Shown: positions 28,607-38,624, counted from the first letter of the stretch. The stretch is 48,290 nt of DNA from an uncultured Treponema sp. (GCA_905233535.1 CAJOEO010000001.1:16534-64823), one strand, 5' to 3'. Program-made: numbers and translations. The notes: generated by a model from the letters alone, not told the origin.

Positions 28607-29323
28607 TCATTTTGAAAAAATCGCAACAAGTTCGCCGTCGGTTTGGTCGTCAAAACCTTTTTTGAATTCCACGGCAGAAAATTCTGCTTTTTTGGAAAGA
28701 GCCACAAACGCAGCGCGATTCGGCACGCAAATTTTTGCGTCGCGCGTTACGGTAACGATTTTTCCGTTTCCGTTTTCCAAAAGTTGTTCAAAAAAATAAG
28801 AATCTTTATTTTTTCGCACCGCGCTTGAAAGGCTCGCACGGATACTTTTGCGAGTCGGCAAAGAAAATTCTTCGCCCGAAAAAAAATCAAAATCTGGAAG
28901 CGAAACCACAAATCGCCCACCGTCAGAAAGAAGAGCGTGGCAATCAAAAAATAATTTTTCGAGAAGAACGGGGTCGCTTGTAAACATAATTCGTCCGTCC
29001 AAAATCGAAACGACGTTGTAAAAACCTTTTCCAAGATAACGCGAAAGTTCCAAATTCGTCATGTTGAAAAAACGAATCGACATAAGTTGCGTTCGACGAC
29101 GACGATTCGCCGATTCCAAAAGCGAATCTATCGTTTCTGTGCCTGTAACGTCCGCGCCTTCTTGCGCAAGCAAATGTTCAAATGCCCCAGTTCCGCAACC
29201 AATTCTCAAAAATTTAACGGGATTCTTAAAAGGCTCGGCAATTTTCGCGTAAAATTCCCGCTGAGATTTTGCAATCGGGTAAAGTTCATCGTAATATTCT
29301 GCAATATTCTCCAAAATTTCCAT
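28607..29323 (-). CDS. Class I SAM-dependent methyltransferase-like protein
   Basis: YYDELYP, FLRIGCGTG (variant motif I), LLSDGGRFVV. Confidence 0.75.
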   Translation of the reverse strand: MEILENIAEYYDELYPIAKSQREFYAKIAEPFKNPVKFLRIGCGTGAFEHLLAQEGADVTGTETIDSLLESANRRRRTQLMSIRFFNMTNLELSRYLGKGFYNVVSILDGRIMFTSDPVLLEKLFFDCHALLSDGGRFVVSLPDFDFFSGEEFSLPTRKSIRASLSSAVRKNKDSYFFEQLLENGNGKIVTVTRDAKICVPNRAAFVALSKKAEFSAVEFKKGFDDQTDGELVAIFSK

Positions 29324-29373
29324 TCTTATATTTTACTCGACAAATTCGGATTTTTGGAGATATTCTCATCGTT

Positions 29374-30819
29374 TTATCTTCGCCAATATTCAAAAAGGAA
29401 AAAAATCAGAAGATTGTAGAGTTCAAGCCTGCCCGCAATCATTGCAAAACTGTACCAGAATTTTAGCGCGCTCGGCAAAAATCCAAACGACGCGCCAGGT
29501 CCTAATTCGCCAAACGAAAGCCCGACGTTTCCAACCATCGAAAGTGCCGTCGCAAACGCTGAAAACAAATCGAGCCTGGCGAGCGTTCCAAAAAACGCGG
29601 TTACGAATACAAAAAGAACGTAAACAAACGCAAATGACGCAACGTTTGACACGAGTTCTTTTCTGCCAGAACGCCCATCCAAGCGCAAAGAAAATACGCC
29701 GTGCGGGTGCAACATTCTGAGCATTTCGTTTTTGGCGTGTTTTGCAAGAACGCACCAACGCACGATTTTGAATCCGCCCGACGTGCTTCCAGACGAAGCC
29801 CCCGTAAAAAAAAGCGCGAAAAGCAAAAATTGTGCCGCTGTGTGCCAAAGTTGGTAATCAGCGGTGGAATATCCCGTGGATGTTATGACAGAAGCGACTT
29901 GAAAAGCGGCGATTCGTAGAGCGGGAAAAAATCCATCGCAAGGCGCAATTAAAAGAATAGTGATTAAAATCGTGGTTGAAAAAAAGATTAGGCAATACGC
30001 TTTTAATTCTGAATTTCTGCGAACTTCGTCAAATCGGCGCGAAAGAAGATAAAAATACAAACTGAAATTTACGCCCGACAAAAACATAAAAATCGTGCAA
30101 ACCCATTCGATTGCGGGCGAATTGTAATAGGCGATGCTCGCGTCGCGCGTGGAAAATCCGCCCGTTCCCATTGTGGAAAATGCGTGAGAAATCGAATCGA
30201 GCCAATCCATGCCAAAGATTTTTAGCAAAATCGCGTGAATCACTGTTAAGGAAAAATAAAGAAACCACAAAACTTCCGCCGTGTTCGCCATTTTCGGCGT
30301 GATTTTTCCTTTTTCAGGTCCAGTGGATTCCGCTTTGATTAACTGAAAACCGTCCACGCCCAAAAGTGGCAAAAGCGCAACGGTCAACGCGATTACGCCC
30401 ATTCCGCCAAGCCAGTGCATTTCGCATCGCCAAAGATTCAAACTGCGCGGCAAAATTTCCACGCTTTTTAGAACGGTCGCGCCCGTTGTGGAAAATCCGC
30501 TCACTGATTCGAATAATGCGTCTGAAAAAGTCGGAAAAAATCCGCTTGCAACGAGTGGAATCGAACCGAAAAAACTTATCAAAATCCAAGTGAGTGCAAC
30601 AAACGCATAAACCGAACGCACGGAAAATTTAATCGAACGTTTTTTTCCGAAGAAAAAAAATAAAAGCCCAAGCCCAACCGAAAAAATCATCGGAAGCAAA
30701 AACGGCAAAATCATTTGTTTTTCGCCCAAGCCCAGCGCAACAAAAAGCGGAAGCAAAAGCGAGATTCCAACGACAGCCAAAACAACAAAAATCAAACGAA
30801 AAAAAACAAGCGCGCTCAT
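29374..30819 (-). CDS. trkH: Trk potassium uptake membrane subunit
   Basis: FESVSGFSTTGAT, WLGGMG, STMGTGGFST, GSTSGGFK, GNVG, GRLE. Confidence 0.95.
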   Translation of the reverse strand: MSALVFFRLIFVVLAVVGISLLLPLFVALGLGEKQMILPFLLPMIFSVGLGLLFFFFGKKRSIKFSVRSVYAFVALTWILISFFGSIPLVASGFFPTFSDALFESVSGFSTTGATVLKSVEILPRSLNLWRCEMHWLGGMGVIALTVALLPLLGVDGFQLIKAESTGPEKGKITPKMANTAEVLWFLYFSLTVIHAILLKIFGMDWLDSISHAFSTMGTGGFSTRDASIAYYNSPAIEWVCTIFMFLSGVNFSLYFYLLSRRFDEVRRNSELKAYCLIFFSTTILITILLIAPCDGFFPALRIAAFQVASVITSTGYSTADYQLWHTAAQFLLFALFFTGASSGSTSGGFKIVRWCVLAKHAKNEMLRMLHPHGVFSLRLDGRSGRKELVSNVASFAFVYVLFVFVTAFFGTLARLDLFSAFATALSMVGNVGLSFGELGPGASFGFLPSALKFWYSFAMIAGRLELYNLLIFFLFEYWRR

Positions 30820-32195
30820 GAAAATTTCCTTATAATGTGCTGCGCAGAATCGCGTCGCGCAATCACAACAACGCGCGTTCCCGCGTCCAAAACCGAAGTT
30901 CCGCCCAAAATCGAATAGCCTTCTTCGCTGTTTTTCTGCCCCAAAAGAATCAAAAATTTTCCAGGCTCAGAGATTTCCATGAGTTTTTTTCCAGCGACTT
31001 TTGATTGTTCGCCCACGGTGATTTCCATGATTTCGAGCCGTCCACCGTCAATCGAGTGAATTCCGCTAACGGACGAACCGCGAAGATGACTCATAATCGA
31101 ATCGACGACGGTATCGCGAATGGGAATCGCGATTTCGATTCCAAGATGACGCGCAATCGGATTGTACGCGGAAGACGGCACAAGAACGATGGAATTTTCC
31201 ACGCCAAACGATTCGATGTACGCCGCGTTTACAAGATTTTTTTCGTAAGCGTTTGTGGAGCAAATCACCAAATCAAACTCGCCAACGCGCTCTTCTTCCA
31301 AAAAACTTTCGTCCGTAACGTCAGTGTTAAACGTGATTCCAGGGAAACTTTCTTCGGCGGCGCGCGCTTTTTCTGCGTCGCTGTCCACGACGATAAAATC
31401 GAATTTGCGTTTTTTCAATTTTTCGGCGATTAACATACCGATTTTGCCCGCACCCACAAGAACGATTTTTTTGATTGTTTTTGGCGCGATTCCGCAAAGC
31501 GAAAGGAATTCCGCCAAACACGAACGTTCCAAAACGATTCCGATTGAATCGCCTGCGCAAAGCGTTGTACCGCCAAACGGAAGCGACGATTTTCCGCTCG
31601 AGCCTTCCACAAACGCCACGACGAATTTTTTATCCGTGAGTTTCCACAAATCTTTTAATTGAACGCCGTCAAATCGACTTTTTTCGTTCACGTCGATTCT
31701 AATCAATTCGTAATTCGACTTTGAAAATTTGAGCGAACTTGCAAGCGAATCTTTGTCAAACGAATTTGCAATCGCAGAAGCCGCTTCAAAATCGGGATTC
31801 ACCATAAAATCGATTCCGTAAAGAGGTCGGCTCTTTTTTTTGGAAAGCCCGTGGCGTTCGCTCGCTTTTGCAGTGTTGACGTAGTAGCCGTAATTTCGCA
31901 CACGCGCAATTTTTAGAACATTCGGATAAACGCTGTCGGCAAGCGAACACGTTACCATGTTCACTTCGTCGCTGGAAGTAACGCAAACCAAAGCGTCGGC
32001 AATTCCAATTCCCGCTTCTTCAAGCGTGGCAAGATTATTGCCGTCCGCGGTTATCACAAAAAAATCAGAACGGTCTTGCGCCCGACGCGAAACGTCTTCG
32101 TCGTTTTCGATTAAAACAACGTCGTTTTTGCCGTTTACAAGTCGTTTTGCAAGTTGCAGACCAGTAAAACCTGCTCCAACGATAATGATTTTCAT
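30816..32195 (-). CDS. trkA: Trk potassium uptake NAD-binding subunit (two RCK domains)
   Basis: IIIVGAGFTG and VLVGAGKIG; VTSSDEVN; overlaps trkH. Confidence 0.92.
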   Translation of the reverse strand: MKIIIVGAGFTGLQLAKRLVNGKNDVVLIENDEDVSRRAQDRSDFFVITADGNNLATLEEAGIGIADALVCVTSSDEVNMVTCSLADSVYPNVLKIARVRNYGYYVNTAKASERHGLSKKKSRPLYGIDFMVNPDFEAASAIANSFDKDSLASSLKFSKSNYELIRIDVNEKSRFDGVQLKDLWKLTDKKFVVAFVEGSSGKSSLPFGGTTLCAGDSIGIVLERSCLAEFLSLCGIAPKTIKKIVLVGAGKIGMLIAEKLKKRKFDFIVVDSDAEKARAAEESFPGITFNTDVTDESFLEEERVGEFDLVICSTNAYEKNLVNAAYIESFGVENSIVLVPSSAYNPIARHLGIEIAIPIRDTVVDSIMSHLRGSSVSGIHSIDGGRLEIMEITVGEQSKVAGKKLMEISEPGKFLILLGQKNSEEGYSILGGTSVLDAGTRVVVIARRDSAQHIIRKFS

Positions 32196-32231
32196 CTACA
32201 TTTTTTCCTTAAAAACACGAAGAATTTTTCG

Positions 32232-33056
32232 TTATAAAACGTGTTTTTCCAAAAAATCTGCAACGCCGTCTTGGTCGTTTGTAACGTCCGTTATTTCGTT
32301 TGCGATTTTTTTGATTTCGTCGCAAGCGTTTTTCATGGCAACGCCAACGCCTGCCATTCGAATCATGCTTTCGTCGTTCATTCCGTCGCCAAACGCCACG
32401 ACATTTTCGAGCGGAATTCCAATATGATGGCAAAGCCACGCAATCGCCTCGCCTTTGCCGCAATTCGGCGGGAGAATTTCAAGAAAATACGGCTTACTTG
32501 TAAGAATTCCCGCGCGATTTCCAAATTCTGCGCGAAGTCGTTTTTGAAGTTCCAAAATCAAATCCGATTTTTCGGGATTTGCAGGAATTAGCATTTTTGG
32601 AAAACCTTTTTTGAGGAATGAATAGTAGTCTTCCACGAGTACGCCTTTCACTTTGCAAAGATGAACGTCCATCAATGTTTCTTTGCTTTCTCGTCCATAA
32701 AAAATCGTGTCTGGCGAATAAACTTCACTGTTCAAACCGAATTCTTGCGCAATTTCATCGGCACGAATCAAAACGTCGCCAGGCAAAACGTTGCACAAAA
32801 TCTGCTTTCGTTCGTGCAAATCAAAAACGCTACAGCCGTTCACGGCAATTAAATATCGCCCCGCTTCCATTCCCGCAATTTCAAGCCGACGCACAAACGG
32901 CAAAATCCCGTTTTCAAGCCGCCCAGAACAAAGAACAACGTAAATCCCGCGTTCGGCGCATTTTCTAAGAGCCGCAACGTTTCTATCGCTGATTTTTGAA
33001 TCCGCATTCAAAAGCGTATCGTCCAAATCTGACGCAATGAGTTTTATTCCTTCCAT
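32232..33056 (-). CDS. Cof-type HAD-IIB hydrolase
   Basis: IASDLDDTLL, CSGR, KGEA, AFGDGMNDESM, DGVA. Confidence 0.93.
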   Translation of the reverse strand: MEGIKLIASDLDDTLLNADSKISDRNVAALRKCAERGIYVVLCSGRLENGILPFVRRLEIAGMEAGRYLIAVNGCSVFDLHERKQILCNVLPGDVLIRADEIAQEFGLNSEVYSPDTIFYGRESKETLMDVHLCKVKGVLVEDYYSFLKKGFPKMLIPANPEKSDLILELQKRLRAEFGNRAGILTSKPYFLEILPPNCGKGEAIAWLCHHIGIPLENVVAFGDGMNDESMIRMAGVGVAMKNACDEIKKIANEITDVTNDQDGVADFLEKHVL

Positions 33057-33110
33057 GATTTGAAATTATATCGGATTACAACACGATTTTGAATCGCAGA
33101 AAAAGGTGAG

Positions 33111-33206
33111 ATTTCCACAATGTTTCCACGTATTTGTGGATAACCTGTGGAAAAGTCGTGGAAAAGTCGATTTTTTTGTGGACAAATCGACAAAAATTGT
33201 GGAAAT
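33111..33206. promoter_or_regulatory. Extra-origin DnaA-box cluster
   Basis: ATTTCCACA 33111, TGTGGATAA 33135 (perfect), TGTGGAAAA 33146, CGTGGAAAA 33157, TGTGGACAA 33177, TGTGGAAAT 33198. Confidence 0.8.
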
Positions 33207-33285
33207 CTTCAAAATTTTGTTATTACTCGTTTGAATTTTATACGTTCAATCAAAATCAAACCGATGAATCGTTTTTCAAAATCAC

Positions 33286-33325
33286 AAAAAAAAACGGCGA
33301 TTTGAAAATCTCAAACCGCCATTTT
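33286..33325 (-). terminator. Terminator downstream of tRNA-Pro
   Basis: Minus strand ATGGCGGTTTGA...TCAAATCGCCGT followed by a T-run. Confidence 0.7.
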
Positions 33326-33327
33326 AG

Positions 33328-33401
33328 TCGGGCTAACCGAATTCGAATCGGTGACCCCAAGTCCCCCAGACTTGTACGCTAACCAGCTGCGCTATAGCCC
33401 G
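33328..33401 (-). tRNA. tRNA-Pro(GGG), CCA not encoded
   Basis: CGGGCTATAGCGCAGCTGGTTAGCGTACAAGTCTGGGGGACTTGGGGTCACCGATTCGAATTCGGTTAGCCCGA; cloverleaf with anticodon stem CAAGT/ACTTG. Confidence 0.95.
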
Positions 33402-33448
33402 TGAATAAAAAAGATTTTATTACAAAAAAAGAAAAAATGGAAGAGGGC

Positions 33449-33481
33449 AAAAAAAACGGCGGTCTTTCAACCGCCGTTTTT
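33449..33481 (-). terminator. Intrinsic terminator of adhE
   Basis: AAAAACGGCGGT-CTTTCA-ACCGCCGTTTTT. Confidence 0.85.
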
Positions 33482-33490
33482 CAAAAACGC

Positions 33491-36115
33491 TTAGTTATCG
33501 AAGAATTCTGTTGTGTAGTAAGCGTCTTTTAGAATCTGTTTCATGTCCTCAATCATTGGAACACGCGGATTCGCTGGCGAACATTGGTCTTCGTAAGCGA
33601 GGAACGCCAATTTGTCCAACGCCGCAAGATATTCCTGCTCGTCGAGTCCCTGACTCTTGAAGTTCATCTGGATTCCAAGACGTTTTGCCAAATCGCCACA
33701 CGCCTTTGCATACGCTTCCACGCCTTCTTCAACGGTGTTGAATTTCAATCCAATCACGCGAGCGAGTTCTGCGTAGCGTTCCGCAGCTTTGAAGTAGTTG
33801 TACTTCGGCCAAGTTGCGAGTTTTGTTGGCTGTGTTCCGTTGTAGCGAATCGTGAACGGAAGAAGAATCGCGTTTGCTCTTCCGTGTGGCACATGGAACT
33901 CTCCACCGATTTTGTGTGCCATTGAGTGGTTCATTCCGAGGAACGCATTTGCGAACGCCATACCCGCCAAGCAAGATGCGTTGTGCATCTTCTCTTTTGC
34001 CTCGTAATCGTCTTTGCCGTTGTTGTAACTGCGCTCCAAGTACTGGAAGACCATTTTAACAGCCTGAATCGCAAGTCCATCGGTAAAGTCGTTTGCAAGT
34101 TGCGAAACATACGCTTCTGTTGCGTGCGTAAGAACGTCCATTCCCGTATCCGCAACGATTTTCTTCGGAAGCGAAAGCGTGAATGTTGGGTCGATGATTG
34201 CGATTGTTGGTGTGAGAGAGTAATCCGTAAGAGGATATTTTTTATGCTCTTCTTTGTCCGTGATAACCGCAAATGGCGTTACTTCCGAACCAGTACCAGA
34301 TGTTGTTGGGATACAAACAAGTTTCGCCTTTTTGCCGAGGTCTGGATAGCGGAAAGCGCGCTTTCTGATGTCCATGAACTTCTGTTTGAGGTCGTTGAAG
34401 TCAACTTCAGGATACTCGTAGAAAAGCCACATTCCTTTTGCGCAGTCCATTGAAGAACCACCGCCAAGCGCGATGATTGTGTCTGGTGCAAAACTTCTCA
34501 TCAACTCAACGCCCTCGCGGACTGTCTGAATCGATGGGTCTGGCTCAACGTCGCAGAAAAGTTGATACTGAACGGGGTCGCGGCGAAGTTTGAGTTGGTC
34601 GGTGATTTTATCAACGAATCCCAAATCGACCATTGAACGGTCAGTAACGATGATGACTTTATGCACGTCCTTCAACTGGTGAAGGTACTCAACTGAATCT
34701 CGCTCAAAGAAAATCTTTGCCGGTATCTTGAACCACTGCATATTGTTACGTCTCCTTCCCAATTTCTTTACGTTCAAAAGATTCACTGCGCTAACGTTGT
34801 CGTCCGTTGAGTTGTGTCCGTAAGAACCACAACCGAGCGTAAGCGACGGAATGAACGAGTTGTACACGTTTCCGATTCCGCCAAATGTCGAAGGAGAATT
34901 CCAAATCACGCGGATTGCTGGAACGATGTCGCCAAATTTTTCTGCGAGTTCTTTGTTCTGCGTGTGAATCGCTGCCGAGTGTCCAAGTCCGCCAAATTCG
35001 AGGAACTGTTTTGCCTTGTTGATTCCGTCTTCGGTACTTGATGCGTGAAGCAATGCGAGAACTGGCGACAACTTTTCGCGAGTCATCGGCTCGTTTACGC
35101 CAACTTCGTTACACTCAACGAGAATAATGCTCGTTCCCGCTGGAATGTCGAATCCTGCATTTTTTGCAAGAACAACTGGATTCATGCCAGGAACAGCCGC
35201 GTTGAGTTTTGCCACAGTTGGGTCTCCGTCAACGCCAAACATATATTTTTCAAGGAGTTTCTTTTCGTTTGCGTTACAAAGATATGCACGATATTCTTTG
35301 AAAGTTTTGACTGCTTCATCGTAAATCTCGTTGTCGATGATTGCGCCCTGTTCAGAAGCACAAATCATTCCGTTGTCAAACGCTTTTGACATTACGATGT
35401 CGTTTACCGCCTGTTTTAGATTGCACGATTTTTCGACATACGCAGGAACGTTTCCCGCACCAACGCCAAGAGCAGGTTTTCCCTGAGAATACGCAGAGCG
35501 AACCATTGCGTTTCCACCAGTTGCAAGAATCGTCGCAACTCCGTCGTTGGAAATCAAAAGATTCGTCTTTTCCATTGACGGCTCTTCAATCCATTGAATA
35601 CAATTCTTTGGTGCGCCAGCCGCAACCGCTGCATCGTAAACGACTTTTGCCGCAGCAATCGAACATTTAATTGCGCTTGGGTGAAACGAGAAAATAATCG
35701 GGTTTCGTGTTTTAAGACAAATTAAAGATTTGAAAATTGCAGTAGAAGTTGGATTTGTAACAGGAGTCAAACCGGCAACAACACCGACAGGCTCTGCGAT
35801 TTTTACAACGCCTGTAACATCGTTGTCCTCAATAACGCCTACCGTTTTCAAGTGGCGCATATGATTTACGACATATTCGCAGGCAAAAAGATTTTTTGTC
35901 GCCTTATCCTCAAGAACGCCGCGCTTTGTTTCTTCAACAGCGAGTTTTGCAAGCGAACCATGTTGGTCAAGAGCAGCAACGGACGCTTTCGCAACGATGT
36001 AGTCGATTTTCTCCTGGTCGAAGTTTGCGTACTCCGCCAAAGCCTGCTGTGCCTTCGCGACCAAATCATTGATTTCTTTTTGTGGTTCGCTAAGTTCAGT
36101 CATTTCATCAGCCAT
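33491..36115 (-). CDS. adhE: Bifunctional acetaldehyde-CoA/alcohol dehydrogenase
   Basis: PVTNPTST, ATGG, FDNGMICASEQ, LTLGCGSYG, GGGSSMD, PTTSGTGSEVT, HSMAHK; SD AAGGAG. Confidence 0.97.
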   Translation of the reverse strand: MADEMTELSEPQKEINDLVAKAQQALAEYANFDQEKIDYIVAKASVAALDQHGSLAKLAVEETKRGVLEDKATKNLFACEYVVNHMRHLKTVGVIEDNDVTGVVKIAEPVGVVAGLTPVTNPTSTAIFKSLICLKTRNPIIFSFHPSAIKCSIAAAKVVYDAAVAAGAPKNCIQWIEEPSMEKTNLLISNDGVATILATGGNAMVRSAYSQGKPALGVGAGNVPAYVEKSCNLKQAVNDIVMSKAFDNGMICASEQGAIIDNEIYDEAVKTFKEYRAYLCNANEKKLLEKYMFGVDGDPTVAKLNAAVPGMNPVVLAKNAGFDIPAGTSIILVECNEVGVNEPMTREKLSPVLALLHASSTEDGINKAKQFLEFGGLGHSAAIHTQNKELAEKFGDIVPAIRVIWNSPSTFGGIGNVYNSFIPSLTLGCGSYGHNSTDDNVSAVNLLNVKKLGRRRNNMQWFKIPAKIFFERDSVEYLHQLKDVHKVIIVTDRSMVDLGFVDKITDQLKLRRDPVQYQLFCDVEPDPSIQTVREGVELMRSFAPDTIIALGGGSSMDCAKGMWLFYEYPEVDFNDLKQKFMDIRKRAFRYPDLGKKAKLVCIPTTSGTGSEVTPFAVITDKEEHKKYPLTDYSLTPTIAIIDPTFTLSLPKKIVADTGMDVLTHATEAYVSQLANDFTDGLAIQAVKMVFQYLERSYNNGKDDYEAKEKMHNASCLAGMAFANAFLGMNHSMAHKIGGEFHVPHGRANAILLPFTIRYNGTQPTKLATWPKYNYFKAAERYAELARVIGLKFNTVEEGVEAYAKACGDLAKRLGIQMNFKSQGLDEQEYLAALDKLAFLAYEDQCSPANPRVPMIEDMKQILKDAYYTTEFFDN

Positions 36116-36202
36116 CTAAATTTCTCCTTCTTTTTAAGATTTTTTTGATTCTAACAGATTGATTTAAGAATGAACAGTGGGCAAAAAATCAATTTTCTTC
36201 CA

Positions 36203-37726
36203 TTATATTGGGTTTGATTTTATGTGAATCGAAGAAAAAACCGCGCTTCCCGCCCGACCTTTTACAAAAAATCCAAATCTGCCGCCAACCCAATGCGCAC
36301 CGCGCAAATTGAACGGCACCGAGGCGGCAATTTTTCCGTCAGCTTGCAAAATCGAAAGCAAACAATTTTCGTTTTGATTATTTGCGCAAAACTTCAACGC
36401 AAAAATGAATTTTTCGCCCGCGATTTCGCAAATCACGCGCGTTTTTTCCGTCCGCTCCGCATCAGTATTTCCGCCCACGCTTTTTATTTCCGTCGCAAAA
36501 AAAGATTCGCCCGTTTTTTTCACGCCAAGTGCGCAATATTCGTCGCCAAGCGCGACAATTCCCGCAAAACTTTCGTTTTCAATTTTGGAACAATCCACCT
36601 CGCACGAAAATTCAAACGATTCTGAATCGATTTTTTTCGTCAAAACGTTTCCGCTCGTCCAAATCGTGCGATTTTCGTTTTGTGCAGAAAGCCGAACGCT
36701 TTTTTCGCCAAACTCCGCCCATTCCAAACGAGGATTCGCAGAAAATTGAAATTCCGCAAAATCTCCGCCGAATCCGCATTTTTTATTCGGCAAAAATTTT
36801 TCTTCAGAATTCAAATTAAACTCGTCAAAAGGAAAGTCAAATTGCATTAAAGGCTCTCCAACTTCGTCTTTGTCAAAAATCGCCGAACCGATTTTGCACC
36901 AACCGTCCGCCGTCCATTTTAGCGGCTGCAAATGAACGATTCGCCCAAACGGCTCGCGATGCTGAAAATGCAAAAACCAATCCGAGATTTTTTCATCGTT
37001 TTGCGCCGACGATTCCACCCACGCCCCTTGATGCGGTCCGTTCACCGCGCTTTTTCCTTGCGCAAGAACGATTTTTTCTTCCCAATCGCCAAAAAGATTT
37101 TTTGAACGCAAAACGGTTTGCCACCCCACAGAAACGCCACCAGCAGGCGCAAAAATGTAATAAAATCCGCCGCGCTTGTAGATTTTTGGACCTTCGATTG
37201 TAGGTTGAGTTTTTGTGCCGTCAAAAATTACGCGGTCTTAGCTAATTGCACAAAGAGTTTTTGGGTCGAGTTCAAGGATTCCCAACTTTGAATTGAATCC
37301 AATTCGACTTTTAACGTAAGCGTGAACGAGCCAAACTCGCCCATCAGAATCCCAAAGCGGACATGGGTCTTCAAATCCACGCCCCGCCCAAACGCAAACG
37401 GGGTCGCTCCATTGTGCAAGCGGATTTTCTGCGCAAACAAAAAAAAGCCCTTCGTCGGGCATTCCAAAAAAAATGTAAAACTTTCCGTCGTGAAATCGAA
37501 TCGACGGGGCCCAAATTCCGCAAGCATTTTGAACTTCGTCGTAGATTTTTGGAAGTTTTTTGCAAGCGTAATTCACCAATTTCCAATTCACAAGGTCGCA
37601 AGAAGTCAAAATTGGAAGTCCTGGTAAAAAATTAAAACTTGAAGCCGTCATATAAAACGTATTTCCAACGCGAATCACGTCGGGGTCGGAATAATCGCAA
37701 AGGATTACAGGATTTTTGTAGTTCAT
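36203..37726 (-). pseudogene. GH43 beta-xylosidase/arabinofuranosidase with C-terminal beta-sandwich, interrupted by one in-frame TAA at 37238-37240
   Basis: The two ORFs share a frame; read-through gives ...KTLCAIS*DRVIFDGTKTQPTIEGPKIYKRGGFYYIFAPAGGVSVGWQ...; YSDPD, WAP, EDP, EGP motifs. Confidence 0.85.
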
Positions 37727-37741
37727 TTGAAAATTATACGT

Positions 37742-37777
37742 TGTTTCACGAAAAACGAAAATGTTTCACGTGAAACA
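37742..37777. other. parS site (perfect) plus adjacent degenerate copy
   Basis: TGTTTCACGTGAAACA at 37762-37777; TGTTTCACGAAAAACG at 37742-37757. Confidence 0.9.
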
Positions 37778-37782
37778 TTTTT

Positions 37783-38127
37783 TTAGGAAATTGATTTTTC
37801 GAGCATTTTTTCAAACTTGCGATTTTCCGCGTCATCGGCGGGACGATAAAAAACGCCAACGTTTCCAATCGTCCGAACGTGAACAGAATCCGTGTATTTT
37901 GCAATTAAAGAATCGAGTTCGCGCTTTATATCGGTTGAATTTTCGTCGGATTGCAAATTCCGCACAATGTTGTAGCGGACTTTTATCAATTCATGCTCGC
38001 AAAGCAGTCGCCGAATCTGCGCCGCCTGCTCCTCGTTGAACCGTTCTTTTCCAATTTGCGCAAGCGGAGAAAGTGGTTGCGCGGCTTTTTCCAAAATTTT
38101 TCGTTGTTTGCTTGTCAATTCATTCAT
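37783..38127 (-). CDS. yhbY: YhbY/CRM-domain RNA-binding protein
   Basis: LTSKQR..L...A..L.P..QIGK, HELIKV, IGNVGVFYRP. Confidence 0.9.
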   Translation of the reverse strand: MNELTSKQRKILEKAAQPLSPLAQIGKERFNEEQAAQIRRLLCEHELIKVRYNIVRNLQSDENSTDIKRELDSLIAKYTDSVHVRTIGNVGVFYRPADDAENRKFEKMLEKSIS

Positions 38128-38205
38128 GTTCAAATTGTAGCCGTTACAAGAAAAATCCGCAACGATATAAAATGTTTTCTTAAAATAATCTTAAATAAAT
38201 TAAAA

Positions 38206-38344
38206 GTTTCAACAAAGTTTTCCACGATTTATCCACAAAATACAAACAGTAATTTTTCAAAAAAATTCCCAAAAACCTTTATTTTGCAACGATTTGCAAG
38301 GAATGGCAAAAAGTTTTCAAAAAGATTCCCACAATTTTTCAACA
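38206..38344 (+). promoter_or_regulatory. DnaA boxes adjacent to the parS cluster
   Basis: TTTTCCACG 38218, perfect TTATCCACA 38229, weaker GTTTCAACA 38206 and TTTTCAACA 38336. Confidence 0.65.
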
Positions 38345-38358
38345 AAAACCACGCAAAA

Positions 38359-38526
38359 TGTTTCATGTGAAACGTGAAAAAACCGTAAAAAAAATTGTGA
38401 AACATCAAAAAAAATGTTTCACATGAAACACAAAAAATCGAAAAAACAAAAATTTAAAGATTTGTGAAATTTTATTCAAAATGGAAAAATTAAAATCGGA
38501 AAGAAAAAAATGTTTCATGTGAAACA
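38359..38526. other. parS cluster (three near-consensus sites)
   Basis: TGTTTCATGTGAAACG 38359, TGTTTCACATGAAACA 38415, TGTTTCATGTGAAACA 38511; half site TGTGAAACA near 38396. Confidence 0.9.
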
Positions 38527-38533
38527 TTTGGGC

Positions 38534-38561
38534 AAAAAAAAGCCGAGGAAAAATCCTCGGC
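38534..38561 (-). terminator. Intrinsic terminator of gyrBA
   Basis: GCCGAGGA-N4-TCCTCGGC with 8 T following on the minus strand. Confidence 0.85.
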
Positions 38562-38624
38562 AAAAAGCCTGATAGGTCTTTTTTATTGGAAAAACAACAA
38601 ACTCCCCTCTGTATGTCGTTTTAA

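Noticed and set aside
33111-33206. Second replication origin
   Set aside because: No DnaA-trio or adjacent unwinding tract and no change in gene orientation; better treated as a regulatory cluster
33328-36115. tRNA-Pro as integration site of an island
   Set aside because: No integrase and no duplicated tRNA 3' end seen; adhE codon usage fits high expression rather than foreign origin
36140-36180. Rex operator upstream of adhE
   Set aside because: Best match TTGATTTAAGAATGAACA deviates too far from TTGTGAAnnnnTTCACAA
37238-37240. Stop-codon reassignment or selenocysteine/pyrrolysine read-through in GH43
   Set aside because: The codon is TAA, used as a normal stop by many genes here; a single nonsense change or sequence error is simpler
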